From assembly GCA_964496125.1 (NCBI GenBank), contig CAZBXE010000001.1, positions 35,486 through 99,485 of the forward strand: DNA of 64,000 bases, written 5' to 3'. The stretch comes from an uncultured bacterium. Lineage in GTDB: Bacteria > Chlamydiota > Chlamydiia > Chlamydiales > CAZBXE01. The notes under the pieces are model-generated. The model searched no databases. It saw nothing but the letters and a program-made list of their open reading frames with translations, and had not been told where the DNA came from. Positions 19,003 through 28,729 of this stretch are shown here, piece after piece. Both the position numbers and the translations under genes were made by a program. The stretch's first letter is position 1, and each line of letters opens with the position of its first letter.

Positions 19003-20331
19003 ATGTTTGGGGGATTAACAGAGAAGATTCAGTCCGCAATTGCCTCTTTGCGAGGCAATAAAGTTCTGACAGAGGAGAATGTGGCAGGCGCCGTAAGCCA
19101 AGTACGCGTAGCCCTTCTTGAAGCAGATGTGAACTATTCTGTCGTGAAGAAGCTAGTGCAGCGTATTAAAGAAAAGGCACTTGGACAAGAGGTTGTAAAG
19201 ACAGTCACTGCAGACCAGCAGTTCATCAAGATTGTGCATGATGCGCTTGTAGAACTGATGGGAGGAGAGGAAAAGCTCCTTCACTTGAAGGACAAGCCGG
19301 CTGTGATCATGCTGGCGGGGTTGCAAGGCTCTGGTAAGACAACACATGCTGCCAAGCTAGCGAAGTATTTACTCAAGGAGAACCCGAAGAGAAAACTTTT
19401 GCTGGTAGCCTGTGACTTGCAAAGACCGGCGGCAGTCCAGCAACTGCAAACCTTGGGAAGGCAGGTAGGAGTAGATGTATTCACTCTTCCTGGAGCCAAA
19501 GACCCTGTTTTTGTGGCTAAAGAAGCCATGACGAAGGCAAGAGATGAGGGCGTGGATGTTGTTATCCTCGACACTGCAGGGAGACTGCACATAGACGATG
19601 AGCTCATGGAAGAGCTTGCAGAAATTAAGAGGGTAACAAAGCCGCAGGAGGTTTTGTTTGTTGCAAATGCGACGACAGGGCAAGATGCCGTCCAGATTGC
19701 AAGGGAGTTCCACGGGAAAGTGGAAATTACAGGGACGATTCTCACACTGTTAGATGGAAATACACGCGGCGGGGCCGCCATTTCGATCTGTGAAGTGACA
19801 GGACGCCCTTTAAAGTTTGAGGGTATCGGAGAGAAGATCGATGATATCCAAGTGTTTAACCCTGTTTCCATGGCGGATCGTATCCTGGGAATGGGTGATA
19901 CCATCAATTTGGTAAAGAAAGCGCAAGAGCACTTTGATGAAGAAGATGCCAAGAAGCTCGAAAAAAAGCTCAGGACGGCCACCTTCACCTTCAAAGACTA
20001 CTTGAAGCAGATCCAAATGGTGAAGAAAATGGGTTCTTTTTCCTCACTCTTTGCAATGCTTCCTGGAGCTTCGGCCCTCAAGGGCTTGCAGATTGACGAC
20101 AAGGAATTTACAAAGATTGAAGCAATGATTTTGTCGATGACAGAAGAGGAGAGGGATGGACTTGATGACCTTAGCTTTTCTAGAAAGAAAAGGGTAGCAT
20201 CAGGAAGCGGAGTGCAAATCGATGATGTCAACAAACTTGCAAAATCGTTTAAACAGGCAAAGGTTTTCTTTAAAAACATGCCCAACCAGAAACAGTTAGA
20301 GAAAATGATGGGAGGCGCTAGATGGCGTTAA
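19003..20331 (+). CDS. ffh: signal recognition particle protein Ffh
   Basis: GLQGSGKTT, DTAGR, C-terminal Met-rich M domain. Confidence 0.97.
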   Translation: MFGGLTEKIQSAIASLRGNKVLTEENVAGAVSQVRVALLEADVNYSVVKKLVQRIKEKALGQEVVKTVTADQQFIKIVHDALVELMGGEEKLLHLKDKPAVIMLAGLQGSGKTTHAAKLAKYLLKENPKRKLLLVACDLQRPAAVQQLQTLGRQVGVDVFTLPGAKDPVFVAKEAMTKARDEGVDVVILDTAGRLHIDDELMEELAEIKRVTKPQEVLFVANATTGQDAVQIAREFHGKVEITGTILTLLDGNTRGGAAISICEVTGRPLKFEGIGEKIDDIQVFNPVSMADRILGMGDTINLVKKAQEHFDEEDAKKLEKKLRTATFTFKDYLKQIQMVKKMGSFSSLFAMLPGASALKGLQIDDKEFTKIEAMILSMTEEERDGLDDLSFSRKKRVASGSGVQIDDVNKLAKSFKQAKVFFKNMPNQKQLEKMMGGARWR

Positions 20332-20615
20332 AAATTCGTATGCGAAAACAGGGAAGAAGGAATAGACCTTTTTTCCGTATCGTAGTTTCCGATATCCGTT
20401 GCAAACGTGATGGAAAGTATGTAGAGGCACTCGGCTGGTACAATCCAGTAGAAGCCGAAGCTGAAAAGAACTTAAACGTAAAAGGGGATCGCATCCTCTA
20501 TTGGCTAGAGCAGGGCGCTTTGATTTCAGAGCGAGTCGAAGCTCTTGTAGATAGAGCATCTCCATCGCTACTCAAGTCCTTTAGAGCTGCGAAATTGGAA
20601 GCTAAGAAGGCGTAA
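20322..20615 (+). CDS. rpsP: 30S ribosomal protein S16
   Basis: [29 protein letters not shown]. Confidence 0.97.
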   Translation: MALKIRMRKQGRRNRPFFRIVVSDIRCKRDGKYVEALGWYNPVEAEAEKNLNVKGDRILYWLEQGALISERVEALVDRASPSLLKSFRAAKLEAKKA

Positions 20616-20617
20616 AG

Positions 20618-21349
20618 TTGCAAGGCCCAGCAGAAGTTGATCTCCTCTCCCTCTTTCCAGAGTATTTTACAAGTCCTTTGGAAACATCAATCTTGGGAAG
20701 AGCGCAAAAGAAGGGACAACTGGTTCTGAATCTTATAGATATTCGGGACTTCTCCAAGGGCAAAGCAAGACAAGTGGATGATAGGCCTTATGGAGGAGGA
20801 CCAGGGATGGTCCTCATGGCCGAGCCAGTCGCAAAGGCGATCCGCAGCGTAAAGAAAGAAGGTTCTCATGTCGTGTATTTAACACCCCAAGGGACCCCTT
20901 TTACGGCAGCCAAGGCCCGCGCGCTTGCGAGCAAGGAGCACCTCGTTCTTCTCTCTGGACACTACGAGGGAATCGATGAAAGAGTGCTTCGCAAAGAGGT
21001 GGATGAAGAGATCAGTATTGGGGATTATGTCCTTACAAATGGGTGTCTTGCAGCTCTTGTAGTACTCGATGCTATGGTGCGCTTTATTCCAGGTGTTCTC
21101 GGACATGAGGAGGCAGCAGACAGTGACTCGTTTGAAAAGGGGATATTTGACCATCCCCACTATACGAGGCCTGAAGTTTTTGAAGGAGAGCGAGTACCTG
21201 AGGTGCTTCTATCCGGAAACCATGAAGAGATACGCAAGTGGCGCCTCAATCAGGCCCTCTTGAAGACCAAGCTAAGACGGCCTGACCTGATCGGGCGGAG
21301 TTTATATATAGATAAGGAGCATGAAAATGAGCAAACCGGAAATCATTAG
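20618..21349 (+). CDS. trmD: tRNA (guanine-N1)-methyltransferase
   Basis: [38 protein letters not shown]. Confidence 0.97.
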   Translation: MQGPAEVDLLSLFPEYFTSPLETSILGRAQKKGQLVLNLIDIRDFSKGKARQVDDRPYGGGPGMVLMAEPVAKAIRSVKKEGSHVVYLTPQGTPFTAAKARALASKEHLVLLSGHYEGIDERVLRKEVDEEISIGDYVLTNGCLAALVVLDAMVRFIPGVLGHEEAADSDSFEKGIFDHPHYTRPEVFEGERVPEVLLSGNHEEIRKWRLNQALLKTKLRRPDLIGRSLYIDKEHENEQTGNH

Positions 21350-21788
21350 AAATATCGAGAAGAGGCGCGAGAAGAACTCTCCTCCACAGTTCAACATCGG
21401 GGATACCGTGAGTGTGGATACAAGGATTGTAGAAGGTGCAAAGGAGCGCGTACAGGTGTTTACAGGTACAGTCATTGCAAGAAAGGGAACAGGTCTCTCA
21501 GAGACGTTTTCTCTGCATAGAGTTGCCTTTGGCGAAGGAATGGAGAGAGTATTTTGCCTGCATAGCCCCAATATCCTCGATATTAAAGTTGTTCGTGAAG
21601 GCAAAGTGCGTAGAAGCAAATTGTACTACCTCAGAGGCACAAGCGGAAAATCTGCAAAAGTTAAAGGTAGAATGGTCGCAAGAAGCAAGAAAAAGGTGGA
21701 CAACAATCAAAAAATGTCAGACTCTGTTGAGGTAAATACAACCAACAGAGCCCCACTTGCAGAACAAGGAACCACTCACACAACCTAA
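21321..21788 (+). CDS. rplS: 50S ribosomal protein L19
   Basis: [35 protein letters not shown]-terminal extension. Confidence 0.97.
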   Translation: MKMSKPEIIRNIEKRREKNSPPQFNIGDTVSVDTRIVEGAKERVQVFTGTVIARKGTGLSETFSLHRVAFGEGMERVFCLHSPNILDIKVVREGKVRRSKLYYLRGTSGKSAKVKGRMVARSKKKVDNNQKMSDSVEVNTTNRAPLAEQGTTHTT

Positions 21789-22392
21789 AACCCAGTTCGA
21801 AGACGAAGCGAAGAAAAAAGGGTTTCGGTTTGTAGCCGGGGTAGATGAGGCGGGGAGAGGTCCACTTGCAGGGCCAGTTGTGGCAGCTGCTTGTTATATT
21901 CCCTATGGTCTTATCATCCCCGGCATCGATGATAGCAAAAAACTCAGCGCCACGCAGCGCGAGTCTCTCTTTCAAATCCTTACAGAACATGAAGAGATTC
22001 GGTATGGCATTGGTATCGTGGATGCCGATGTGATTGATCAGGTCAACATCTTGGAAGCTACAAAGCTTGCTATGCATAGAGCTGTAAAAAATCTAACCAT
22101 TCCCTTTGATCTTCTCTTGATTGACGGTCTCTATCTCAATGTAGAAGGAACATTGGTACAAAAGATCGTCCATGGGGACGCTCTTTCTTATCTCATCGGG
22201 GCGGCTTCCATTTTAGCAAAAGTCACGCGTGATCGTTTGATGGCCCAATTTGACCAGGAATATCCTCAGTATGGGTTTAAGAAGCATAAAGGGTATGGCA
22301 CTAAAGCTCACATTGAGGCCATCTCTGCCCATGGTCCTTCACCCATTCATCGAAAAACCTTTGAGCCTATAAAGAGTCTTGTGTGCGCTTAG
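21757..22392 (+). CDS. rnhB: ribonuclease HII
   Basis: GVDEAGRGPLAGPVVAAA, DDSKKL, LIDG, AASILAKVTRD, HKGYGT. Confidence 0.97.
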   Translation: MQNKEPLTQPKTQFEDEAKKKGFRFVAGVDEAGRGPLAGPVVAAACYIPYGLIIPGIDDSKKLSATQRESLFQILTEHEEIRYGIGIVDADVIDQVNILEATKLAMHRAVKNLTIPFDLLLIDGLYLNVEGTLVQKIVHGDALSYLIGAASILAKVTRDRLMAQFDQEYPQYGFKKHKGYGTKAHIEAISAHGPSPIHRKTFEPIKSLVCA

Positions 22393-23180
22393 TTGCCCCT
22401 GTAGCTCATCTTCTTAAGGAGCCAGGTTGCTATCCTACTTCTTATGAAATTGATCGAAACCTGCTCACACAGCTTCTTTTCGGGGAAAAGGTAGAGGTTG
22501 TCGACTGCCAGGGCGAGTGGTCGTTTGTTCGCTCTTTGGAACAGCAGTTTTTTGATGAGCAAATGGGGTGGATGGGCTATCCTGGTTGGATCGAGAGCCG
22601 ACACCTAGGACAGGAAGAGTTTCTTTTGCCAAACCTTATAGTCACCGCATTATGGGCAAAAATAACCGATAGTTTTTCAGTTTCTTTTGGGACAAGGCTT
22701 TGGGGCGAGCCGCGTCCAAATGGATGGATGATTCCACTCCCTGGTGGAATGCAAGGATTCTTGTCCCCTCAGGATGCTATTGCAAAGAGCCCGCAAGACC
22801 CTCGCGCCTTTCTTTTATACTGTGCTGAAAAAATGAGGGATACTCCCTATTTTTGGGGTGGGAGGAGCGCTTATCGAGACCCTTCATTTGGTGTCATGTG
22901 CGGTGTGGATTGCTCTGGGTATGTGCAGCTGCTTTACCGAGCTCTTGGCTTGGATCTCCCCCGTGACTCCAAGGATCAGTTCCGACGGGGGAAACAAATT
23001 CAGAGAGAAGAAGCGAAAGCGGGGGATCTTGTTTTTCTGCGTAAGGAAGAAAGAATCCACCATGTGATGCTCTATGATGGAAAAGATGGTGTTTTCGAAG
23101 CAACCATCATAAGTGGAACCATCCGCAAAGCGCCGCTTGCAGGCTTCCAAGAGCCAATTTTTTGCACCTATTTGCTATGA
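22383..23180 (+). CDS. ykfC: SH3b + NlpC/P60 gamma-D-glutamyl peptidase (YkfC-like), no signal peptide
   Basis: TQLLFGE (SH3b), YFWGG, GVDCSG catalytic Cys, LPRDS, HHVMLY. Confidence 0.8.
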   Translation: MRLVAPVAHLLKEPGCYPTSYEIDRNLLTQLLFGEKVEVVDCQGEWSFVRSLEQQFFDEQMGWMGYPGWIESRHLGQEEFLLPNLIVTALWAKITDSFSVSFGTRLWGEPRPNGWMIPLPGGMQGFLSPQDAIAKSPQDPRAFLLYCAEKMRDTPYFWGGRSAYRDPSFGVMCGVDCSGYVQLLYRALGLDLPRDSKDQFRRGKQIQREEAKAGDLVFLRKEERIHHVMLYDGKDGVFEATIISGTIRKAPLAGFQEPIFCTYLL

Positions 23181-23977
23181 GACTCCTTTTTGTTGCTTTT
23201 ACTTTTGCATGCAGCTTATTTGCAGGTGGTGAGCCACTTGCGCATCTTCCTTTTATCGTAGTCTCTCCCCCTAAAAGTGGAACACACCTTCTTGGCAAGA
23301 CCCTTTGCCTTCTTTTGAACAAACCCATGGTAAAATATCTGATTGTGCCCTGTACTAAGGAAGCACTGCAAACAAAAACGGAAGAGGCAGTTCGTTCGGG
23401 TGGTTTCTTAGTTACCCACTGCTTGCCTGACGAAGAATGTATTAATCTGCTCAAGGAGCGTGGCTATCTTGTCGTTTTTATGCAAAGAGATCCGCGTGAC
23501 CAGTTGATTTCTCGCCTTTTTTGGACCGTGGATACACACCACACCTTTGAGCTAAAAGAGAGAGCTAAATTTCTGACGTTGTCCAGGGACGATCAAATTG
23601 AAGAGCTGATTACGGGTAGAAGATTTGGTTTTAGATGTGTAGAAATCGATCTTGTGCAGCGGCTCCCCTGGCTTTTGCAAAAAAGCGACTTTCTTCTTCC
23701 TGTGCACTTTGAAAAGCTAGTGGGAAACAAAGGGGGCGGTAGAGATGACTCTCAACTCAAGGAGCTCCGAAGGATCGCTCAGTTTCTCCAAGTAGATATT
23801 TCTGAGGCAGACTTAAAGAAAGTCGGTCTGAAAATTTTTGGGAATACCTGGAGTTTTAAGAATGGACAAATAGGCTCCTGGAAAACGTATTTTAGGCCAA
23901 AGCACAAGAGGCTGTTTAAACAGAAGTATCAAGGCCTTTTAGAAAAGCTAGGCTACGAAAAAAAGAGCAACTGGTAA
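23177..23977 (+). CDS. PAPS-dependent sulfotransferase-domain protein with N-terminal signal-like segment
   Basis: SPPKSGTH (5'-PSB), RDPRDQLIS (3'-PB), FEKLV, FKNGQIGSWK; ATG overlaps the NlpC/P60 stop (ATGA). Confidence 0.8.
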   Translation: MRLLFVAFTFACSLFAGGEPLAHLPFIVVSPPKSGTHLLGKTLCLLLNKPMVKYLIVPCTKEALQTKTEEAVRSGGFLVTHCLPDEECINLLKERGYLVVFMQRDPRDQLISRLFWTVDTHHTFELKERAKFLTLSRDDQIEELITGRRFGFRCVEIDLVQRLPWLLQKSDFLLPVHFEKLVGNKGGGRDDSQLKELRRIAQFLQVDISEADLKKVGLKIFGNTWSFKNGQIGSWKTYFRPKHKRLFKQKYQGLLEKLGYEKKSNW

Positions 23978-23985
23978 ATTTTTTC

Positions 23986-24013
23986 TTGACTTCATTTAAA
24001 AAGAATTTATGGT
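23986..24013 (+). promoter_or_regulatory. promoter candidate for cyoABCDE (leaderless geometry)
   Basis: TTGACT-16-TATGGT-6 nt-ATG; no SD. Confidence 0.5.
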
Positions 24014-24019
24014 TAGACC

Positions 24020-24904
24020 ATGGTAAACAAGGTCAAACGTCCTCTTTTTTTCATGCTCGTTTTTTCAGCGTGCATTTTGCTTTTAATCTTGCTTTTACAA
24101 CCTCTTTCAATTTTTCATTTTAGGGAAAATTTATCAGTTTTGTTTCCTAAGGGAGTCATTGCCTTAGAGCAGAGAAACCTTCTCTTGCTCATCCAGGGAC
24201 TTATGCTTCTTGTAATTATCCCTGTGTATGTTCTCACGTTTGTCTTTTCATGGCGCTATAGGGCCCAAAATGAAAAGGCAACGTATGATCCCGACCTTGT
24301 GGATAATAAGCTTGCAGAGGTCGTCTGGTGGGGAGTACCCCTCGTGATGACCTTGCTTGTTGCTGTGATTACGTGCATCAAAACGTATGAGCTAGACCCC
24401 TACAAGCCTATTGTTTCAGATAAGAAGGCCAAGACCATACAGGTCGTTGCGCTGCAGTGGAAATGGCTTTTTCTCTATCCTGAGGAAAAAATTGCAACGG
24501 TTAATTTTGTGCAGATTCCCGAGAAAACGCCCATCCATTTTGAAATAACAGCGGATGCTCCGATGAATTCCTTTTGGATTCCAAGCTTGGGAGGGCAGAT
24601 TTATGCTATGCCTAAGATGAAGACAGAGCTTTATCTTATGGCGGATGAAAAAGGGGATTTTAAGGGGTCATCTGCGAACATTAGCGGAGAGGGGTTTGCG
24701 GGGATGACCTTCATCACGAGAGCCTCTTCGGAAAAAGAGTATGACGACTTTGTACAAAAAGCCTTGGACTCTCCGAAAATGTTAGATCTTGCGGAGTATA
24801 AAAAATTAGCGCTTCCGAGTCAAAATACTCCGGTGGAGGTCTATACACTTGAGGATGACACCCTTTTTGAGCAGATCATTGCAAAATACATGCATGGTGA
24901 ATAA
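24020..24904 (+). CDS. cyoA: quinol oxidase subunit II
   Basis: PKGVIALEQRNL, VVALQWKWLFLYP, MNSFWIPSLGGQIYAM, SANISGEGF; no CuA ligands. Confidence 0.95.
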   Translation: MVNKVKRPLFFMLVFSACILLLILLLQPLSIFHFRENLSVLFPKGVIALEQRNLLLLIQGLMLLVIIPVYVLTFVFSWRYRAQNEKATYDPDLVDNKLAEVVWWGVPLVMTLLVAVITCIKTYELDPYKPIVSDKKAKTIQVVALQWKWLFLYPEEKIATVNFVQIPEKTPIHFEITADAPMNSFWIPSLGGQIYAMPKMKTELYLMADEKGDFKGSSANISGEGFAGMTFITRASSEKEYDDFVQKALDSPKMLDLAEYKKLALPSQNTPVEVYTLEDDTLFEQIIAKYMHGE

Positions 24905-26868
24905 TGTTTGGTAGATTAACTCTAGAAGCTCTTAAACATGAGTCGACGCAGAATATTGCTGTGGCCATGATGATGATCTCTGGGATTGTGCTGATCGGGC
25001 TTATTACCTATCTCAAAAGATGGACCTGGCTTTGGAGGGACTGGATTACAACCGTCGATCCCAAGCGTATTGGTATTATGTATATTGTTGTTGTTCTGAT
25101 CATGTTTATGAAGGGATTCGCAGATGCCTTGATGATGCGGATGCAGCAAGCTGTTGCTGTTGGGGATGCTACGGGACTTTTATCAGCAGAGCACTTTCAG
25201 GAGGTTTTTTCTGCTCATGGAACAACCATGATTTTCTTTGTGGCTATGGGGGCGGTTTTTTCCCTGATGAATTTGATCATCCCCCTCCAAATAGGCGCTC
25301 GTGATGTGGCCTTTCCCTTTGTGAATGCCCTTGCATTTTGGCTCTTTGCAGCAGGTGCTGCATTGACAATGGTTTCTCTTGTGGTAGGTCAATTTTCAGC
25401 TACCGGATGGCTTGCCTATCCGCCTCTTTCAGAGCTTCAGTATAGCCCAGGAGAAGGGGTTGACTACTGGATTTGGGCAGTGCAAATCTCAGGGGTCGGT
25501 AGTACCATTTCGGGGGTGAATTTTCTTGTCACGATTCTAAAAATGCGCTGTCCAGGTATGACTTTTATGAAAATGCCGATTTTTACCTGGAGCTGCCTTT
25601 GTTCTGTGATCTTAATCATTTTTGCCTTTCCCATACTGACGGCAACTCTTTTCCTTCTCACCTTAGATCGCTACTTGGAATTTCAGTTTTTTACAGCAGC
25701 AGCAGGCAATCCGATGTTGTATGTGAACCTGATTTGGGCTTGGGGGCATCCAGAGGTGTATATCCTGGTGCTTCCTATCTTTGGTGTCTATTCTGAGGTT
25801 GTGCCTACTTTCTGCGAGAAGCGTTTATTTGGCTACGTTTCTATGGTGTGGGCGCTTGGCATGATTACCTTCTTATCTTTCATTGTCTGGCTTCATCATT
25901 TCTTCACAATGGGTGCAAGTCCAGCTGTGAATTCTTTTTTTGCTGTGATGACCATGATGATTGCCATACCCACAGGGGTGAAAATTTTTAACTGGCTCTT
26001 TACGAAGTTTCGTGGGCGGGTTCATTTTACCTCGCCGATGCTGTGGTTCTTTGCTTTCGTTCTCAACTTCAGCGTAGGGGGGATGACAGGAATGCTGCTC
26101 TCTGCTCCACCTGTGGACTTTCAAACTCACAATAGCCTTTTCCTGATTGCACACTTCCACGGGATGGTAATTGGTGGCGTGCTTTTTGGGTTTTTCTGTG
26201 CCTTCACGTACTGGTTTCCCAAATTTACAGGGTTTTTCCTTGATGAAAAACTCAATCGCTATGCGTTTTGGTGCTGGTTTTCAGGTTTTTTGTTTGCCTT
26301 CATGCCCCTTTATATGCTTGGTTTTATGGGTGCTACAAGACGTCTTGACCATTACGCTGCCGATACAGGATGGCAGCCCCTCTTTCTTCTTGCAGCCTTC
26401 GGCGCCTTACTCATCTTTTTGGGAGCGTGCATTCAGTTTTTTGGTCTCTTTTCAAGCATTGCGCGTCGCAAGGAGAACTGGGACTACACAGGTGGCGATC
26501 CCTGGAATGGCAGGACTCTTGAATGGGCAACCTCTTCACCTCCTCCCATTTACAACTTTGCGATTATTCCAGTTGTCGATCAGCTCGATCCTCTTTGGGC
26601 TACAAAAAGGGGAGTAGGACCTAGACAGCAAACAGAATATGAGGATATCCATCTCCCCGTCAATACTCCACTCCCTGTCTTGATGGGGTGTGCGTCTCTG
26701 ATCCTGGGATTTGCCTTGACTTGGCATATTTTTTGGCTTGCGATTTGTTCTTTTCTTGCTCTTGTTCTTTTTTTAGTGATCCGTTTATCTGGTAAGGAGG
26801 AATTTATGTTGATTCCTGCTGCTCTGGTAAGAGAGATCGAAAAAAAACGAGGTTCATTCTATGGTTAA
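24904..26868 (+). CDS. cyoB: heme-copper quinol oxidase subunit I (bo3-type)
   Basis: AHGTTMIFF, WGHPEVY, WLHHFF, AHFH ligands; extra TM0 typical of quinol oxidases. Confidence 0.97.
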   Translation: MFGRLTLEALKHESTQNIAVAMMMISGIVLIGLITYLKRWTWLWRDWITTVDPKRIGIMYIVVVLIMFMKGFADALMMRMQQAVAVGDATGLLSAEHFQEVFSAHGTTMIFFVAMGAVFSLMNLIIPLQIGARDVAFPFVNALAFWLFAAGAALTMVSLVVGQFSATGWLAYPPLSELQYSPGEGVDYWIWAVQISGVGSTISGVNFLVTILKMRCPGMTFMKMPIFTWSCLCSVILIIFAFPILTATLFLLTLDRYLEFQFFTAAAGNPMLYVNLIWAWGHPEVYILVLPIFGVYSEVVPTFCEKRLFGYVSMVWALGMITFLSFIVWLHHFFTMGASPAVNSFFAVMTMMIAIPTGVKIFNWLFTKFRGRVHFTSPMLWFFAFVLNFSVGGMTGMLLSAPPVDFQTHNSLFLIAHFHGMVIGGVLFGFFCAFTYWFPKFTGFFLDEKLNRYAFWCWFSGFLFAFMPLYMLGFMGATRRLDHYAADTGWQPLFLLAAFGALLIFLGACIQFFGLFSSIARRKENWDYTGGDPWNGRTLEWATSSPPPIYNFAIIPVVDQLDPLWATKRGVGPRQQTEYEDIHLPVNTPLPVLMGCASLILGFALTWHIFWLAICSFLALVLFLVIRLSGKEEFMLIPAALVREIEKKRGSFYG

Positions 26869-27490
26869 GCCCTTAACTGTTCACTACACAGCAGACCCTT
26901 TTGCGGACACAGGCTGGCCAGACCCACACCATGATGCTTTTTCGAGGACGACTCTTGGTTTTTGGATCTATCTGATGACTGATTGCCTCTTGTTTGCAAC
27001 CCTTTTTTGCACTTACGCAGTCATGCACGGAAGCACAAACGGGGGACCAGATTCAAAAACCCTTTTTAGCCTAGGCACAGCCTTTACAGAGACAATGATC
27101 CTTTTAGCAAGCAGTGTCACGTGCGGCTTTGCCCTTCTTTCTTCGTTGAAGGAAAAAAGGGGGCATGTGGTGCTTTGGCTGCTTGTCACTTTTGTGTTGG
27201 GGATGTCGTTTGTCACCATGGAGCAGAGAGAGTTTTCGACTTTGATCCATGAAGGAAATGGTCCTGAGAGAAGCGCCTTTTTATCTGGTTTTTTTGCGCT
27301 TGTCGGAACACATGGAGCGCATGTAACGGTTGGCCTTTTTTGGATTCTTGTGCTCATAGGCCAGCTTTTGCTCTCTGGGATTACGTTCGATACGTTCAGA
27401 AGACTTGTGATTTTTGGCATGTTTTGGCACTTTCTTGATTTAGTATGGATCTTTATTTTTACACTTGTCTATCTCTTGGGGGTGTTGTAA
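26861..27490 (+). CDS. cyoC: quinol oxidase subunit III
   Basis: GFWIYLMTDCLLFATLF, GTHGAHV, FWHFLDLVWIFIFT. Confidence 0.96.
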   Translation: MVKPLTVHYTADPFADTGWPDPHHDAFSRTTLGFWIYLMTDCLLFATLFCTYAVMHGSTNGGPDSKTLFSLGTAFTETMILLASSVTCGFALLSSLKEKRGHVVLWLLVTFVLGMSFVTMEQREFSTLIHEGNGPERSAFLSGFFALVGTHGAHVTVGLFWILVLIGQLLLSGITFDTFRRLVIFGMFWHFLDLVWIFIFTLVYLLGVL

Positions 27491-27491
27491 C

Positions 27492-27839
27492 GTGACAACA
27501 GAGTTTTCTCTAGAAGACGCAAAAAAACAGTGGCTTGGGACGTTTAGGGCCTATGCGATTGGGTTTGCTTTTTGCCTTTTTTTGACCACGGTCTCTTTTG
27601 CCCTTGTCGTGCTGAAGGGATTTGCGGGCTTTCCTCTTGTAGCGTCACTGCTTGCACTTGCTCTACTACAGGCAACTGTGCAACTTCGTTTCTTTCTTCA
27701 CTTGGGACAGGCTCACAACCACCGTTGGGAGAAACTTGTGTTTTTCTTTATGATTGTTTTACTTCTTGTTGTGGTGATCGGATCGCTTTGGATTATGCAG
27801 GATTTAGATGAACGAATGATGATGGGGATGCATGATTAA
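27492..27839 (+). CDS. cyoD: quinol oxidase subunit IV
   Basis: YAIGF, QLRFFLHL, GSLWIM; GTG 27492 right after the cyoC stop. Confidence 0.93.
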   Translation: MTTEFSLEDAKKQWLGTFRAYAIGFAFCLFLTTVSFALVVLKGFAGFPLVASLLALALLQATVQLRFFLHLGQAHNHRWEKLVFFFMIVLLLVVVIGSLWIMQDLDERMMMGMHD

Positions 27840-28677
27840 CTATTATTTGATCACAAAGCCTGGGATTATCTTAGGGAATTTAATTACGCTGGGTGCAGGT
27901 TTTATTTTAGCTTCGCAGGGGGGCTTTGATCCTTGGCTGTTCGCATCTACTTTTTTAGGGCTTGCGTTGATCGTGGCTTCTGCTTGCATTTTTAATAATT
28001 ATATCGATCGTGAGCTGGATCAGAAAATGGAAAGAACAAAGAAGAGAGCTCTTGCTTGTGGCGCAGTTTCTCTAAGAAGTGCTCTTCTTTTTGCTCTGCT
28101 CCTCGGGGCAATCGGTTCTATGTTGCTTTTAGTTTGCACGAACTTCCTTGCCTTTTTTCTCGCGTTTCTTGGTTTTTTTGTGTATGTCTTTATCTACAGT
28201 CTGTGGAAGGCCCATACGGTTTACGCAACTGCTGTCGGCAGTGTTGCCGGCGCTGTGCCTCCAGTTGTAGGGTATTGTGCTGTATCAGGCAGCTTGGATG
28301 TAGGAGCGCTTCTTCTCTTTGCGATGATGGTGCTTTGGCAGATGCCCCATTTCTTTGCCATTGCGCTAATGCGCTTTGATGATTACCTTGCAGCCAATAT
28401 TCCAACTCTACCAATCCAAAGGGGTGTGTGGAGGACAAAGGTCCATATGGCGCTCTACATTTTCTTTTTTATAGGGGTCTGTTCTCTTTTTAGCTATTTC
28501 GGCTATACAGGGGATTTGTTTTTGTTTGTGGCAGTTGGAGCAGGTCTTCTGTGGCTGATTGTGTGCCTCTCGGGATTTGTGGTTTCGGATGACAGCGCTT
28601 GGGGGCGAAGCATGTTTCGTCTTTCCCTTGCTATTCTAATGGCGATCTGCTCTTCCCTTCTTATTGAACTTTTATAA
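27832..28677 (+). CDS. cyoE: protoheme IX farnesyltransferase (heme O synthase)
   Basis: TKPGI, NNYIDRELDQKMERTKKR, WQMPHF. Confidence 0.95.
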   Translation: MINYYLITKPGIILGNLITLGAGFILASQGGFDPWLFASTFLGLALIVASACIFNNYIDRELDQKMERTKKRALACGAVSLRSALLFALLLGAIGSMLLLVCTNFLAFFLAFLGFFVYVFIYSLWKAHTVYATAVGSVAGAVPPVVGYCAVSGSLDVGALLLFAMMVLWQMPHFFAIALMRFDDYLAANIPTLPIQRGVWRTKVHMALYIFFFIGVCSLFSYFGYTGDLFLFVAVGAGLLWLIVCLSGFVVSDDSAWGRSMFRLSLAILMAICSSLLIELL

Positions 28678-28692
28678 TATCTTAACTAAGAT
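28664..28692 (+). promoter_or_regulatory. promoter candidate for the duplicated-domain/CPBP gene pair
   Basis: TTGAAC-17-TAAGAT; SD-like AGAGG before ATG 28730. Confidence 0.5.
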
Positions 28693-28729
28693 TTGTTACA
28701 CTACCCTTTTTACAATAAAGAGGTTTGTG

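Noticed and set aside
19281-19994. Long antisense ORFs such as 19281..19994, 42429..43010, 55766..56458, 16504..17088, 11695..12264
   Set aside because: Shadow frames opposite well-conserved genes (ffh, clpB, infB, rpmE, pnp); no motifs or SD.
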